64,000 nt of DNA from Aeromicrobium sp. (GCA_023257515.1 JALRCA010000075.1:2707-66706), one strand, 5' to 3'; positions 40,339 to 50,587 are shown, numbered from the stretch's first letter. The notes: generated by a model not told the origin, from the letters alone. Numbers and translations are program-made.

Positions 40339-41699
40339 GAGGCGTCCGCCTGCTCCGACGCGGCCACGACCGTCAGCGAGACCCGATCGATGCGTCGGCC
40401 CTCGAGACGCTCGACGGTGAGGCGGACCTCGATCGGATCGGGATCGTCCTCGTCGTCGTCGGGTGTCGGGTCCAGCAGCAGCGTGACGCTGTCGCCACGC
40501 TCGGCGAGCCGGCCGAGCTGCACCAGCACCAGACCGGCGATCGTCTCGTAGTCGTCGCTCTCCGGCAGGGACACCCCGGTCTGCTCGAGCACCTCGTCGG
40601 GGCGCAGGAGCCCGGACAAGGACCACGTCCCGTCGGTGCGGTGGCGGCTGCGCGCGGAGAGCCGGTCGTGCTCGTCGGCGATGTCTCCCACGATCTCCTC
40701 GACCAGGTCCTCGAGAGTGACGATGCCGTCGGTCCCACCGAACTCGTCGACGACCACGGCCATCTGCATGCTCTGGTCACGCAGGAGCGAGAGCAACGGG
40801 TCGAGCTCGAGGCTGTCGGGGACGGTCGCGGCCGGTTCGGCGAGCTCCGTCAGACGCACGCTGCGACGACGGTCCGGCGCGACGCCGACGGCCTGCTTGA
40901 CGTGCACGATGCCGAGCACGTCGTCGGAGGACCGGCCGATGACGGGGAACCGCGAGTGGCCGGTCTGGCGGGCGGCCTCGATGACGTCGAGCGCCGTGTC
41001 CCGGCTCTCGAGGAAGTGCACGCGCGGCCGGGGCGTGCGGACGTCGGCCGCGGTGCGGTCGCCGAACGCGATGCTCCTGGCCACCAGCTCGGCGGTCTCG
41101 TCGTCGATCGCGCCCTGCTCCGCCGAGCGCAGCACGAGCGATCGCAGCTCGATCGGCGACCGTGCGGAGCGCAGCTCCTCCTGCGGCTCGACGCCGAGTC
41201 GGCGCAGCGTCGAGTTGGCGACGCCGTTGAGGAACCGGATCGGCAGGATCATGACGCGCGTGAAGACCCGTTGCGGGAGCTGCGTGACCGCGGCGGTGCG
41301 CGCGGGCAGCGCCAGCGCGAGGTTCTTGGGGATGAGCTCGCCCAGCAACATCGTGACGACGGTGCTCACGACGAGGGCGATCGCGTAGGACGCGGCGCTC
41401 TGGGCTCCCCCGGACAGACCCAGGTCACCCAGGAGCGGTCGCACGATCTTGCCGAGCGCCGGTTCGGCCAGGTAGCCGATCCCGAGGTTCGTGATCGTGA
41501 TGCCGAGCTGCGCGCCGCTGAGCTGCGTCGACAGCGACGTCAGGGCGCTCAAGGTGCCCTGGGCGCCGGTGTCGCCCTGCTCCGCCGCGCGCTCGATGCT
41601 GGCGCGGTCGACGGTGACGAACGAGAACTCGGCGGCGACGAACACACCACACGCACCGACGAGCAGCAGGGCGAGCACGAGCAGGAGGTACTCGGTCAC
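40335..41699 (-). CDS. Hemolysin-family CNNM/CBS/CorC protein
   Basis: FVAAEFS, GELIPK, DEFGGTDGIVTLEDLVEEIVG, CorC domain. Confidence 0.92.
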   Translation of the reverse strand: MTEYLLLVLALLLVGACGVFVAAEFSFVTVDRASIERAAEQGDTGAQGTLSALTSLSTQLSGAQLGITITNLGIGYLAEPALGKIVRPLLGDLGLSGGAQSAASYAIALVVSTVVTMLLGELIPKNLALALPARTAAVTQLPQRVFTRVMILPIRFLNGVANSTLRRLGVEPQEELRSARSPIELRSLVLRSAEQGAIDDETAELVARSIAFGDRTAADVRTPRPRVHFLESRDTALDVIEAARQTGHSRFPVIGRSSDDVLGIVHVKQAVGVAPDRRRSVRLTELAEPAATVPDSLELDPLLSLLRDQSMQMAVVVDEFGGTDGIVTLEDLVEEIVGDIADEHDRLSARSRHRTDGTWSLSGLLRPDEVLEQTGVSLPESDDYETIAGLVLVQLGRLAERGDSVTLLLDPTPDDDEDDPDPIEVRLTVERLEGRRIDRVSLTVVAASEQADAS

Positions 41700-41786
41700 G
41701 GCACGGGTCCAGGTGATGGCTCGGTCACGATGCACAGAACTGTACCCTTGAGGACGCTAGCGCCCCTGATCCCCCGAAGAGTGAAC

Positions 41787-42059
41787 GTGCCGACCTACCA
41801 GTACCAGTGCACCGACTGCGGAGAGGCCCTCGAGGTCCACCAGTCGTTCAGCGACGACGCCCTGACCGTGTGCCCCGTCTGCGAGGGTCACCTGCGCAAG
41901 GTGTTCAACGCCGTGGGCGTCGTGTTCAAGGGCTCGGGCTTCTACCGGACCGACAGCCGCTCGAGCTCGTCGTCGAGCAGCTCGAGCAGCGACTCCTCGT
42001 CCAGCTCCGACAGCAGCAGCTCCTCCAGCACCACCTCGGGCAGCGACTCCGCCGCCTGA
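41787..42059 (+). CDS. FmdB-family zinc-ribbon protein
   Basis: MPTYQYQCTDCG...CPVC...FKGSGFYRTD plus Ser-rich tail. Confidence 0.92.
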   Translation: MPTYQYQCTDCGEALEVHQSFSDDALTVCPVCEGHLRKVFNAVGVVFKGSGFYRTDSRSSSSSSSSSSDSSSSSDSSSSSSTTSGSDSAA

Positions 42060-42171
42060 CCCCGCCGCACTCCAGGACCCCGCCGCACCCTCAGGGACCG
42101 ACGGGCTCAGGGATTGGCGCACCTGTGGACGGACGTTGGCCTCCAGGTGCGTCCGTCCCTAGCGTCGGCGC

Positions 42172-42795
42172 ATGCTCTCGCTCGACTCCTGGCGTCGCGT
42201 CGTGCTCGATCGTCGACGTCCGCTCGCGGCGGTCTGCGCCGGCCTGGCCGTGCTCGCCGCGCTGTCGTCGGTCCGTGAGTCGACCGACGGGCCGCGAGTC
42301 CAGGTCGCCGCACGGGACCTGGCGAGCGGCACGCTCGTCTCGCGCGACGACGTGCGCACGGTCCGGCTGACCGCGAGCCTTCGACCGACCCACGCCTCGT
42401 CGAACGCCGGGGCGGTGGTCGGTCGCCGCGTCGCCGGCCCGATGCGGGCGGGTGAGATCTTCACCGACCGTCGCGTGCTCTCGTCGCGTCCTGGCGACGA
42501 CCGCACCGCCGGGACCGTCCTGACGACGATCCGCGTCGAGGGTCCGGACGGTCTCGGGCCGGCCCGCGTCGGCGACGTGGTCGACGTCGTCGCCGTCCCG
42601 CCCGAGGACGATGCGTCGGCCCGTGTGGTCGCTCGCGGTGTCGAGGTGCTGGCGACCCGCACCGGACCCGACGACGGCGGTCCGGTCGCGCTCGACGTGG
42701 CGACGACACGCTCGTCTGCCCTGGTCCTGGCCTCGGCGGGCCTGAGGTCACGACTCAGCGTGCTGGTGTCGACGTCCCCCGATGCCGCTCGCTAA
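42172..42795 (+). CDS. SAF-domain protein (Rv0990c-like)
   Basis: VAARDLASG, GDVVDVV; conserved position between fmdB and mscL. Confidence 0.8.
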   Translation: MLSLDSWRRVVLDRRRPLAAVCAGLAVLAALSSVRESTDGPRVQVAARDLASGTLVSRDDVRTVRLTASLRPTHASSNAGAVVGRRVAGPMRAGEIFTDRRVLSSRPGDDRTAGTVLTTIRVEGPDGLGPARVGDVVDVVAVPPEDDASARVVARGVEVLATRTGPDDGGPVALDVATTRSSALVLASAGLRSRLSVLVSTSPDAAR

Positions 42796-42829
42796 CCTCG
42801 AGACGCACACCACTACGGAGGGGGCACTC

Positions 42830-43216
42830 ATGCTTCAGGGATTCAAGGACTTCCTGCTTCGCGGGAACATCGTCGACCTCGCGGTCGCCGTCGTCATCGG
42901 CGGTGCCTTCACGGCCCTCGTCTCGTCGTTCACCTCGTCGTTCCTGCAGCCCCTCATCGGGCTCGTCGGTGGCGGCGGCGAGAACGGTGGCGAGCTGGTC
43001 GTCAACGACCAGCACTTCACCTACGGGGCGTTCATCACGGCCGTCATCACCTTCGTGCTCACGGCGAGCGTCGTCTACTTCGTGGTCGTCGTGCCCATGA
43101 AGAAGCTGAACGAGCTGCGCGACCGCGGGAAGGAGCCGGAGCCCGAGGGCGTGTCCGAGGACATCGCGCTCCTGCGCGAGATCCGCGACGCGCTGCAGAA
43201 CCAGCCGCGCCCCTGA
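42830..43216 (+). CDS. mscL: Large-conductance mechanosensitive channel
   Basis: GFKDFLLRGNIVDLAVAVVIGGAF, LLREIRDAL. Confidence 0.96.
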   Translation: MLQGFKDFLLRGNIVDLAVAVVIGGAFTALVSSFTSSFLQPLIGLVGGGGENGGELVVNDQHFTYGAFITAVITFVLTASVVYFVVVVPMKKLNELRDRGKEPEPEGVSEDIALLREIRDALQNQPRP

Positions 43217-43224
43217 GGACGGTC

Positions 43225-43401
43225 TCAGGCCCCGTGGTGGGGCGGGCGGTCGCGCAGCATCTGCGCGTCGCGACTCCCGTCCCGCTCCTCGTTCCAGCCG
43301 GCCGGCGTCTCGTCGCTCGTGACGTCAGGCGCGAGGTCGCCGAGGAGCGCAGCCGCACGGCGCCGACGCGCCTTCTCGGCAGCGGACAGCTCAGAGGACA
43401 C
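43225..43401 (-). CDS. Small 58-aa hypothetical protein ending RPPHHG (absent from the ORF track)
   Basis: Hand translation VSSELSAAEKARRRRAAALLGDLAPDVTSDETPAGWNEERDGSRDAQMLRDRPPHHGA; overlaps the upstream gene's stop. Confidence 0.65.
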   Translation of the reverse strand: MSSELSAAEKARRRRAAALLGDLAPDVTSDETPAGWNEERDGSRDAQMLRDRPPHHGA

Positions 43402-44287
43402 CGTCGAACCAGTCCTGCGTGAGCTTCGGGAACTGAGGGTGCCAGCCGGTGCGGTCGCCGAACAGCTGCGAGCTGACCCGCTGCGAACGGGTGAACATCT
43501 CGAGACGTCCGCCGCCGAGCCGCGTCATGAGTGCACCGTGGAACCGGCCGCCCCGTCGGCCGCCGGCCACGGCGAAGGCCTCGGCCAGCTCGGCACGCCG
43601 CAACGGCTCCGCCCCGACGTTGTAGGTCCCGACGGGCGCCGTCAGCGCCGCTGCGACAGCTGTGCCGACGTCGTGCAGGTGCACCACGTGGGTCCAGGAG
43701 GCGGGGTCACCGAAGCCCGTGGGACGGCCGCTGCGGGCGCGGCGCACGAGCCAGGCCGTCATCGGCTCCGGGCCGGTGACGGTCCCGAGTCGGAGCACGA
43801 CGCCCTCACCACCGTCGCGCCTGAACCGGTCGATCCACGTCTCGGACACGACGAACGGTTCGGTCGCCCGGCTCAGGTCGACCGCGCTGTGCTCGTCGAC
43901 CCAGTCGTCGCCCCCGTCGGCGTACATCGCACTGAGGCTCGGCTGCACGACCCGCGGCACGCCCGCGGCCAGCGCGGCCCGCACGACGACGCCGGCGCCG
44001 TGCATGCGGATCCGGTCGTTCGCGCGCCAGGCCGGCGCCAAGGTCTTGAGGCGACCGGTCGGCATGTGGCTGGCGAAGTTGACCACCACGTCGGCCCCAC
44101 GCATCGCCGAGACGAGAGTGTCGGACTCGAACAGGCTGCCGGACACGGGCTCGGCCCCGGAGTCACGGACCAGCTGTGCGCCGCGCGGGGTCCGGACCAT
44201 GCCGACGACCTGGTGACCGTCGGCGACTGCTGCTGACGTGACCGCGCGTCCGAGGACGCCGCTGGCACCTGTCAGAAATACCTTCAC
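43391..44287 (-). CDS. NAD-dependent epimerase/dehydratase
   Basis: TGASGVLG, GVVLRLG, VHLHD, GWHPQFP. Confidence 0.88.
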   Translation of the reverse strand: MKVFLTGASGVLGRAVTSAAVADGHQVVGMVRTPRGAQLVRDSGAEPVSGSLFESDTLVSAMRGADVVVNFASHMPTGRLKTLAPAWRANDRIRMHGAGVVVRAALAAGVPRVVQPSLSAMYADGGDDWVDEHSAVDLSRATEPFVVSETWIDRFRRDGGEGVVLRLGTVTGPEPMTAWLVRRARSGRPTGFGDPASWTHVVHLHDVGTAVAAALTAPVGTYNVGAEPLRRAELAEAFAVAGGRRGGRFHGALMTRLGGGRLEMFTRSQRVSSQLFGDRTGWHPQFPKLTQDWFDGVL

Positions 44288-44402
44288 GAATCATTCACTC
44301 CGTCATGTCACTGGTGGTGACGACGCCGTGGCACGAGGGGTGGGTGCCAGACGATTACGAAATGATAACAACGCAGAGGCGAGTGGCCCAGGGCCGTTGG
44401 AC

Positions 44403-45221
44403 TCAGGACCCGTCGGCGAGCTCGTCGGGCCGTTCCGCGAGCTCGGCCACGAGCGGCACGACGTCGGCGATCGAGTCCACGACCCGCGTCGGGCGGAACG
44501 GGAAACGATCGACCTGGTCGGCGTTCGTCGACCCGGTCAGGACGAGGATCGAGCGCAGACCGGCCTCGAGTCCCGACAGGACGTCGGTGTCCATGCGGTC
44601 GCCGATCATGACGGCCGACTCGGAGTGGCCCTCGATGCGGTTGAGGGCACTGCGCATCATGAGCGGGTTGGGCTTGCCGACGAAGTACGGCTCGACCCCG
44701 GTCGCCTTGGTGATGAGGGCCGCGACGGACCCTGTCGCCGGGAGCGAGCCGGTGGGCGACGGTCCTGTCGGGTCGGGGTTGGTGGCGATGAACCGCGCGC
44801 CTGCCTCGACCAGCTGGATCGCCCGCGTGATGGCCTCGAACGAGTAGGTCCGCGTCTCGCCCAGGACGACGTACTCCGGGTCGCGCGTCGTCATGACGTA
44901 GCCGATGTCGTGCAGGGCGGTGGTCAGCCCGGCCTCACCGATCACGTAGGCCGTGCCCTCGGGCCGCTGCTCGGCCAGGAACTGCGCCGTGGCGAGGGCG
45001 GAGGTCCAGATCGCCGACTCCGGGAGGTCGATGCCCGCGACGGCGAGTCGTGCCCGCAGGTCGCGGGGGGTGTAGATCGAGTTGTTCGTCAGCACGAGGA
45101 ACCGGCGACCGCTGTCCCGGAGCGCGGCGATGAACTCGGCCGCGCCGGGGATGGCGCGCTCCTCGTGGACGAGCACGCCGTCCATGTCGGTGAGCCAGGT
45201 CTCGACGGGCTTGAGTGTCAT
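44403..45221 (-). CDS. HAD-IIA hydrolase (NagD-like)
   Basis: DMDGVL, LTNNS, GKPNP, MIGDRMDTD. Confidence 0.93.
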   Translation of the reverse strand: MTLKPVETWLTDMDGVLVHEERAIPGAAEFIAALRDSGRRFLVLTNNSIYTPRDLRARLAVAGIDLPESAIWTSALATAQFLAEQRPEGTAYVIGEAGLTTALHDIGYVMTTRDPEYVVLGETRTYSFEAITRAIQLVEAGARFIATNPDPTGPSPTGSLPATGSVAALITKATGVEPYFVGKPNPLMMRSALNRIEGHSESAVMIGDRMDTDVLSGLEAGLRSILVLTGSTNADQVDRFPFRPTRVVDSIADVVPLVAELAERPDELADGS

Positions 45222-45295
45222 GGGTCCCATTGTCCACCGCCGGCACGTCACCCCCCGCCCAGCGGCTGACCGCGTGCTCCGCCCGGCCGTCCGGT

Positions 45296-45811
45296 TCAGT
45301 GACCGCCGTCGACGCGAGAGGGGCGCCAGCACACCGCGAGCATGAGCGCCGTCCCGGCTGCGGCGACGAGGAACGCCCCGATGCCGGTCTCCCACCCGCT
45401 CCAGTGCGCCCACCGGTCTGCGCCGAGCACGTGGTCGAGCGACCAGCGACCGGGGCCGATGATCGCGAGCGCGACGAGGGCGGCCGCGAGCACGAGGACG
45501 TACTCGTAGCCCTCCTTGAAGATGAAGAACCCGTTGGCCCGGTGCACGGTGACCCCCGCCGTGAGCATCACTCCGATCGCCGCGGCGGCCGCGACGGGCG
45601 TGACGAGACCGATCACGAGCGCGATCCCGGCGACCAGCTCCAGGTAGGTCGAGACCATGGCGTGCAGCCGGGCGGGCTGCAGACCGATCGAGGCGAACCA
45701 GCCCGCCGTGCCGTCGAGACCGCCGGCACCGAACCCGTGGTTCCAGCCGTGCAGCACGAACGTCAGCCCGAGCACGACGCGCAGGACGGCCGAGGCCAGG
45801 TCGAGGTCCAT
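45296..45811 (-). CDS. DoxX-family membrane protein
   Basis: LRVVLG, HG, GYEY, GPGRWSLD. Confidence 0.9.
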   Translation of the reverse strand: MDLDLASAVLRVVLGLTFVLHGWNHGFGAGGLDGTAGWFASIGLQPARLHAMVSTYLELVAGIALVIGLVTPVAAAAAIGVMLTAGVTVHRANGFFIFKEGYEYVLVLAAALVALAIIGPGRWSLDHVLGADRWAHWSGWETGIGAFLVAAAGTALMLAVCWRPSRVDGGH

Positions 45812-45851
45812 GGGTCCCGACCGTAGAGGACGGACGTCGGGCGGACCAGTC

Positions 45852-46412
45852 TCAGACCTGCTGCTGCCGCACGGCGGCCAGCACGAGGGCGCCGAGCGCG
45901 CGGTACGCCGCCGCGTCGTCACGTCCGGTGGCGGCTCGCAGGTCGCCACGGTGGATCGCCTCCATCACGAGTCCGGCGACCGTGCCGACGAACTCACCGT
46001 CCGCCGAGGGCGCGGCGGCCAGCACGAGGTCGCGCACCCTGTCGGCCGCAGCCCGGGTGTTCTGCTCGTAGATGCGACGCGCCGGGTCGAACGCGGTCAC
46101 GTCCTCGAAGAACTCCTCGCTCGCGGGGGCCAGCTCCCGGGCGATGGCTGCGAGGTACTGGTCGATCTGGGCGAGCGGGTCCGCGGCGGGGTCGACGGCC
46201 GCCTCGACCCGCTCCGTGGCGCGTCGGAAGAACTCACGGACGGCGCGCTCGACGATCTGCTCCTTGCTCGCCGCGACCGCGTAGAGCGTCGTCTTGGAGC
46301 AGCGCAGCCGACGGGCCAGGTCGGCCACGCCCAGCGTCGCGAACCCCTCGACGAGGACGAGCTCGACGAGACGGTCGAGGACGTCCTGCACGCGGGGTGA
46401 GGTCCGGGGCAC
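45852..46412 (-). CDS. TetR-family regulator
   Basis: EGFATLGVADLARRLRCSKTTLY. Confidence 0.88.
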   Translation of the reverse strand: MPRTSPRVQDVLDRLVELVLVEGFATLGVADLARRLRCSKTTLYAVAASKEQIVERAVREFFRRATERVEAAVDPAADPLAQIDQYLAAIARELAPASEEFFEDVTAFDPARRIYEQNTRAAADRVRDLVLAAAPSADGEFVGTVAGLVMEAIHRGDLRAATGRDDAAAYRALGALVLAAVRQQQV

Positions 46413-46432
46413 CGTGCCACGCTAGCACGATT

Positions 46433-46460
46433 CAGTACCAGAACGAGGTCCATGGTACTG
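46433..46460. promoter_or_regulatory. TetR operator between the divergent regulator and acyl-CoA dehydrogenase
   Basis: CAGTACCA-N12-TGGTACTG. Confidence 0.65.
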
Positions 46461-46496
46461 TCCATGGTACCTGTCCGGTCGATCCTCGAGGGAGCC

Positions 46497-47648
46497 ATGC
46501 CCGTCCAGCGCCTCATGCCGACCCGCGAGTCGGCCGACCTGATCGACCTGACCCGGGACATCGCCGCGCGAGAGCTCGCTCCGGTGGCCTCCCAGCACGA
46601 GCGCGACGGACGCTTTCCCCGCGAGCAGTTCCGCGTCCTCGGCCGCGCCGGGCTCCTGGGACTGCCGTACCCCGAGGAGGTCGGCGGCAGCGGTCAGCCG
46701 TACGAGGTCTACCTCCAGGTCGTCGAGGAGATCGCAGCGGCCTGGGCCGCGGTGGGTGTCGGCACGAGCGTGCACGCACTCAGCTGCTTCGGGCTGTTCA
46801 CGGCCGGCACCGCGCAGCAGAAGGAGCAGTGGCTGCCCGACATGCTCGGCGGCGACCTCCTGGGCGCCTACTGCCTGTCCGAGGCGCACGCCGGCTCCGA
46901 CCCGGCCGCCATGCGCACGCGGGCGGTCCGTGACGGCGACGACTACGTCATCGACGGCGCCAAGGCGTGGACCACGCACGGCGGACAGGCCGACTTCTAC
47001 AAGGTCATGGCCCGGACGAGCGCTCCCGGCGAGGGCCCCGGCAGTGGCATCTCGTGCTTCCTCGTCCCTGCCGATGCGCCCGGCCTGACGGCCGACCACG
47101 CCGAGGACAAGATGGGGCTCATGTCGTCGACGACGGCCACGATGCTGTTCGACGGCGTGCGGGTGCCCGAGCAGCGGCGCCTGGGGGCCGAGGGCGACGG
47201 TCTCTCGATCGCGCTGGCCGGCCTCGACGCCGGACGGCTCGGCATCGCTGCCGTCGCGACCGGTGTCGCGCAGGCGGCGCTCGACGCCGCCGTCGCCTAC
47301 GCCAAGGAGCGCCAGGCGTTCGGCAAGGCGATCATCGACCACCAGGGCCTCACCTTCCTGCTGGCCGACATGGCCGCCGCCGTGGACTCGGCCCGGGCGA
47401 CCTACCTGCACGCGGCTCGGCTGCGCGACGCCGCTCGACCGTACGGACGCGAGGCATCGGTCGCGAAGCTCGTCGCCACCGACAACGCCATGAAGATCAC
47501 GACCGACGCGGTCCAGGTGCTCGGCGGAGCCGGCTACACCAAGGACTTCCCGGTGGAGCGCTACATGCGCGAGACCAAGGTCATGCAGATCTTCGAGGGC
47601 ACCAACCAGATCCAGCGACTCGTCATCGGGCGACACCTCGCCCGCTGA
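46497..47648 (+). CDS. Acyl-CoA dehydrogenase
   Basis: YCLSEAHAGSD, GAKAWTT, RQAFG, QVLGGAGY, IFEGTNQIQR. Confidence 0.95.
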   Translation: MPVQRLMPTRESADLIDLTRDIAARELAPVASQHERDGRFPREQFRVLGRAGLLGLPYPEEVGGSGQPYEVYLQVVEEIAAAWAAVGVGTSVHALSCFGLFTAGTAQQKEQWLPDMLGGDLLGAYCLSEAHAGSDPAAMRTRAVRDGDDYVIDGAKAWTTHGGQADFYKVMARTSAPGEGPGSGISCFLVPADAPGLTADHAEDKMGLMSSTTATMLFDGVRVPEQRRLGAEGDGLSIALAGLDAGRLGIAAVATGVAQAALDAAVAYAKERQAFGKAIIDHQGLTFLLADMAAAVDSARATYLHAARLRDAARPYGREASVAKLVATDNAMKITTDAVQVLGGAGYTKDFPVERYMRETKVMQIFEGTNQIQRLVIGRHLAR

Positions 47649-47669
47649 GACCACCCAGAGGAGAATCCC

Positions 47670-48431
47670 GTGCAGCTCACCGACACCTCCGCCGTCGTCA
47701 CCGGCGGCGCGTCCGGCCTCGGCGCCGCCACCGCCGCCGAGCTGGCAGCGTCCGGCGCGTCCGTCGTCGCGATCGATCTGGCCGCCTCGATCGAGAAGGC
47801 CCCGGAGGTCGACGGCGTCGTCTACGTCGAGGCCGACGTCACGAACGAGGCCCAGGTCCGCAACGCGGTCGTCACGGCCGGCGAGCTCGCACCCTTGCGG
47901 ACCGTCGTCAGCTGTGCGGGCGTGGGCACGGCGGGGCGCATCCTCGGCCGAGGCGGCCACGGCATCGGGGACCTGGCCGCGTTCCAGCGCACGGTCTCGA
48001 TCAACCTCGTCGGCACGTTCACGGTCCTGGCCGTCGGCGCCGAGGCCATCGCGGCGACCGAGCCCCTGGAGCACGGCCAGCGAGGCGTCGTGGTGAACAC
48101 CGCCTCGATCGCCGCGTTCGACGGCCAGATCGGACAGGCCGCGTACTCCGCGAGCAAGGGCGGAGTCGTCGGCCTGACCCTGCCCGCCGCCCGCGACCTG
48201 GCCCAGTACGGCATCCGGGTCAACACGATCGCTCCCGGGATCATCGACACCCCGATGCTGGCCGGCGTCGGCGAGGAGATCCGGGCCTCGCTCGCGGCGG
48301 GCGTGCCGTTCCCGCAGCGCCTCGGCGAGCCGCGCGAGTACGCGCAGCTGGTGCGCATGATCATCGAGCACGACTACCTGAACGGCGAGACCATCCGGAT
48401 GGACGGCTCGCTGCGGATGGCTCCGCGATAG
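47670..48431 (+). CDS. 3-hydroxyacyl-CoA dehydrogenase, SDR type (HSD10-like)
   Basis: TGGASGLG, GQIGQAAYSASKGG, LNGETIRMDG. Confidence 0.92.
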   Translation: MQLTDTSAVVTGGASGLGAATAAELAASGASVVAIDLAASIEKAPEVDGVVYVEADVTNEAQVRNAVVTAGELAPLRTVVSCAGVGTAGRILGRGGHGIGDLAAFQRTVSINLVGTFTVLAVGAEAIAATEPLEHGQRGVVVNTASIAAFDGQIGQAAYSASKGGVVGLTLPAARDLAQYGIRVNTIAPGIIDTPMLAGVGEEIRASLAAGVPFPQRLGEPREYAQLVRMIIEHDYLNGETIRMDGSLRMAPR

Positions 48432-48435
48432 GAGG

Positions 48436-48789
48436 TCAGGCTTGCGACCGATCCGGCTGCTTGGGCGGTAGGGTGCGCGCGTGCTCCAGCCCGCGCTCGA
48501 CCCAGGACACGAGTCCGGCGTCGTCGGCCACGGCCGCCGCGGCGACCCGGACCCAGCCGCGCGTCTCGCGACCGGCCATCACCATGGGGCTGACGTGCTC
48601 GAGGGCCACGATGTCGTCCGTCTCGTCGGGCGGGACGCGCAGCATCAGCCCACCGGCGCCGCTCACCGCAACGGCCATGTTGCCGTTGACCAGGAACGCG
48701 AGACCGCCGAACATCGCCTTCTCGCTGATCCCGTACTCGAGCCCGACCAGGTCGCGCACCCGGTCGGCGAGCTCGGTGTCGTAGGCCAT
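48436..48789 (-). CDS. TfoX/Sxy N-terminal domain protein
   Basis: MAYDTELADRVR, MFGGLAFLVNGNM, GWV, LPPK. Confidence 0.85.
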   Translation of the reverse strand: MAYDTELADRVRDLVGLEYGISEKAMFGGLAFLVNGNMAVAVSGAGGLMLRVPPDETDDIVALEHVSPMVMAGRETRGWVRVAAAAVADDAGLVSWVERGLEHARTLPPKQPDRSQA

Positions 48790-48910
48790 GAGCCCATCGT
48801 GGCACCACCGTGTGCCGCTGTGCCGATTCCGAACAAGTTCGAGCAGCTGAACCGTCGATCGGCCCGCGTGATCCCCTTCGTCCCTAGTCTGAGGCAGTGA
48901 GGCGCAACGC

Positions 48911-50587
48911 ATGAGGGCCGAGGAGACCGGTCCGCAGCTGGAGTTCGAGCGACTGCTCGCGCGCCTCGTCGACCAGGCGGACGAGATGACCACGGCGCAG
49001 GAGCGCATGCGTGAGCTCATCCGGATCAACCACGACCTGACGAGCCGCCTGGACCTGCCGAGCATCCTCCAGCGCATCGTCGAGATCGGCGCGCAGCTCG
49101 TCCGAGCCCGCTACGCCGCCATCGTCGTGGTCGAGCCGGAGGGCGGACTGGGCCAGCTGATCACGGTCGGCCTGGACGACGACGAGAAGGCTCGCATCTC
49201 GCACCTGCCGGAGGGCAAGGGCCTGATCGGCGCGCTGTTCGACCACCCGGAACCGGTGCGGCTCCAGCACATCGCGGGAGACCCCCGATCGGGCGGATTC
49301 CCCGCCGGACACCCTCCCATGGACTCGTTCCTGGGCGTGCCCATCCGTGTGGGCGACGAGGTGTTCGGCAACCTGTACCTGACGAACAGCGAGCACGGCG
49401 AGTTCAGCGCCGACGACGAGGAGATGGCCCAGGCCCTCGCCTCGTCCGCAGGCATCGCGATCGAGAACGCGCGCCTGTACTCCGACGCCGAGCGTCGGGC
49501 GAAGGTGTCGGAGTCCCTGGCCGAGCTGTCCCGTGTCGCGATGCGGTCCGAGACCGAGGCCGACGACGTCGCGGCTCTCGTCGACCGCGCCCACGAGCTG
49601 CTCGACGCGGACCTGGTGGTCTCCGGCATCGTCGGCAGTCGTGGTCACGAGATGCTGGTCCAGCACGCCTGCGGACACGGCGCGGAGAGCCTCATGTCGC
49701 TCTCGTTCCCCATCCAGCACACGGCGATCGCGATCGCGCTGGGCCGCGACAAGCCGCTGCGCCTGCGCGACGTGTCCGTCCACGAGAGCTTCGGGTTCGA
49801 GGAGCAGCGCGACTTCGGCGCCGTCGTGCTCGTCCCGTTCGTCGTCGGTGACCGGCCCGTCGGCCTGCTCGCCGTCGCGCGGCGGGTCGGACGTGGACCG
49901 TTGCCGGACCGCGACGTCGAGGCCGCCGAGGCCTTCGCCCTGCAGCTCGGTGTCGTCCACGAACGGGCCCAGTCGCGTGAGTCGCGGCGGCGGGTCACGC
50001 TCATGGAGGGTCGCGAGCGCATCGCCCGCGACCTCCACGACCACGTCATGCAGCGTCTCTTCGCCACCGGCATGAGCCTGCAGGCCGCCGCAGCCAAGGC
50101 CGACCCCACGATCGCCGACCTCATCACGCGCCAGGTCGAGGAGATCGACGTGGCGATCGACCAGATCCGCCAGAGCATCTTCGCCATCCGCAGCAGTGGT
50201 CCACGCAGCACCACGAGCCTGCGGGCCCGCGTGCTCGAGATCGTCGAGCGCGTCGACGGCCAACCGCTCCGACCGACCGTGACGTTCCTCGGTCCCGTCG
50301 ACCTGCTGGTGGACAACGAGCTGACGGACGACGTCGTCGCGGTCTCTGCCGAGGGCATCACGAACGCCGTGCAGCACGCGTCGGCGACCTCCGTCACCTT
50401 GACCGTGGCCGCGGCCGACGGACAGGTGAGCGTCACGGTCCAGGACGACGGACGGGGCATCGCCGACGACGCGGTCGCCGGGGGCCTGGCCACCCTGCGT
50501 CGCCGTGCCGAGGCCCGCGGCGGACGGCTCGAGGTCGGCTCGGTGCCCGGACGCGGCACCACCCTCGTGTGGTCCGTGCCGTCCTGA
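48911..50587 (+). CDS. GAF-GAF sensor histidine kinase, DosS/DosT-like
   Basis: GFPAGHPPMDSFLGVPI heme-GAF motif, RIARDLHDHVMQRLF H-box, QDDGRG. Confidence 0.9.
   Translation: MRAEETGPQLEFERLLARLVDQADEMTTAQERMRELIRINHDLTSRLDLPSILQRIVEIGAQLVRARYAAIVVVEPEGGLGQLITVGLDDDEKARISHLPEGKGLIGALFDHPEPVRLQHIAGDPRSGGFPAGHPPMDSFLGVPIRVGDEVFGNLYLTNSEHGEFSADDEEMAQALASSAGIAIENARLYSDAERRAKVSESLAELSRVAMRSETEADDVAALVDRAHELLDADLVVSGIVGSRGHEMLVQHACGHGAESLMSLSFPIQHTAIAIALGRDKPLRLRDVSVHESFGFEEQRDFGAVVLVPFVVGDRPVGLLAVARRVGRGPLPDRDVEAAEAFALQLGVVHERAQSRESRRRVTLMEGRERIARDLHDHVMQRLFATGMSLQAAAAKADPTIADLITRQVEEIDVAIDQIRQSIFAIRSSGPRSTTSLRARVLEIVERVDGQPLRPTVTFLGPVDLLVDNELTDDVVAVSAEGITNAVQHASATSVTLTVAAADGQVSVTVQDDGRGIADDAVAGGLATLRRRAEARGGRLEVGSVPGRGTTLVWSVPS

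Noticed and set aside
41955-42088. Ser-codon repeats and a 13-bp direct repeat after fmdB
   Set aside because: Low-complexity tails are normal for FmdB proteins and the short repeat has no supporting context.
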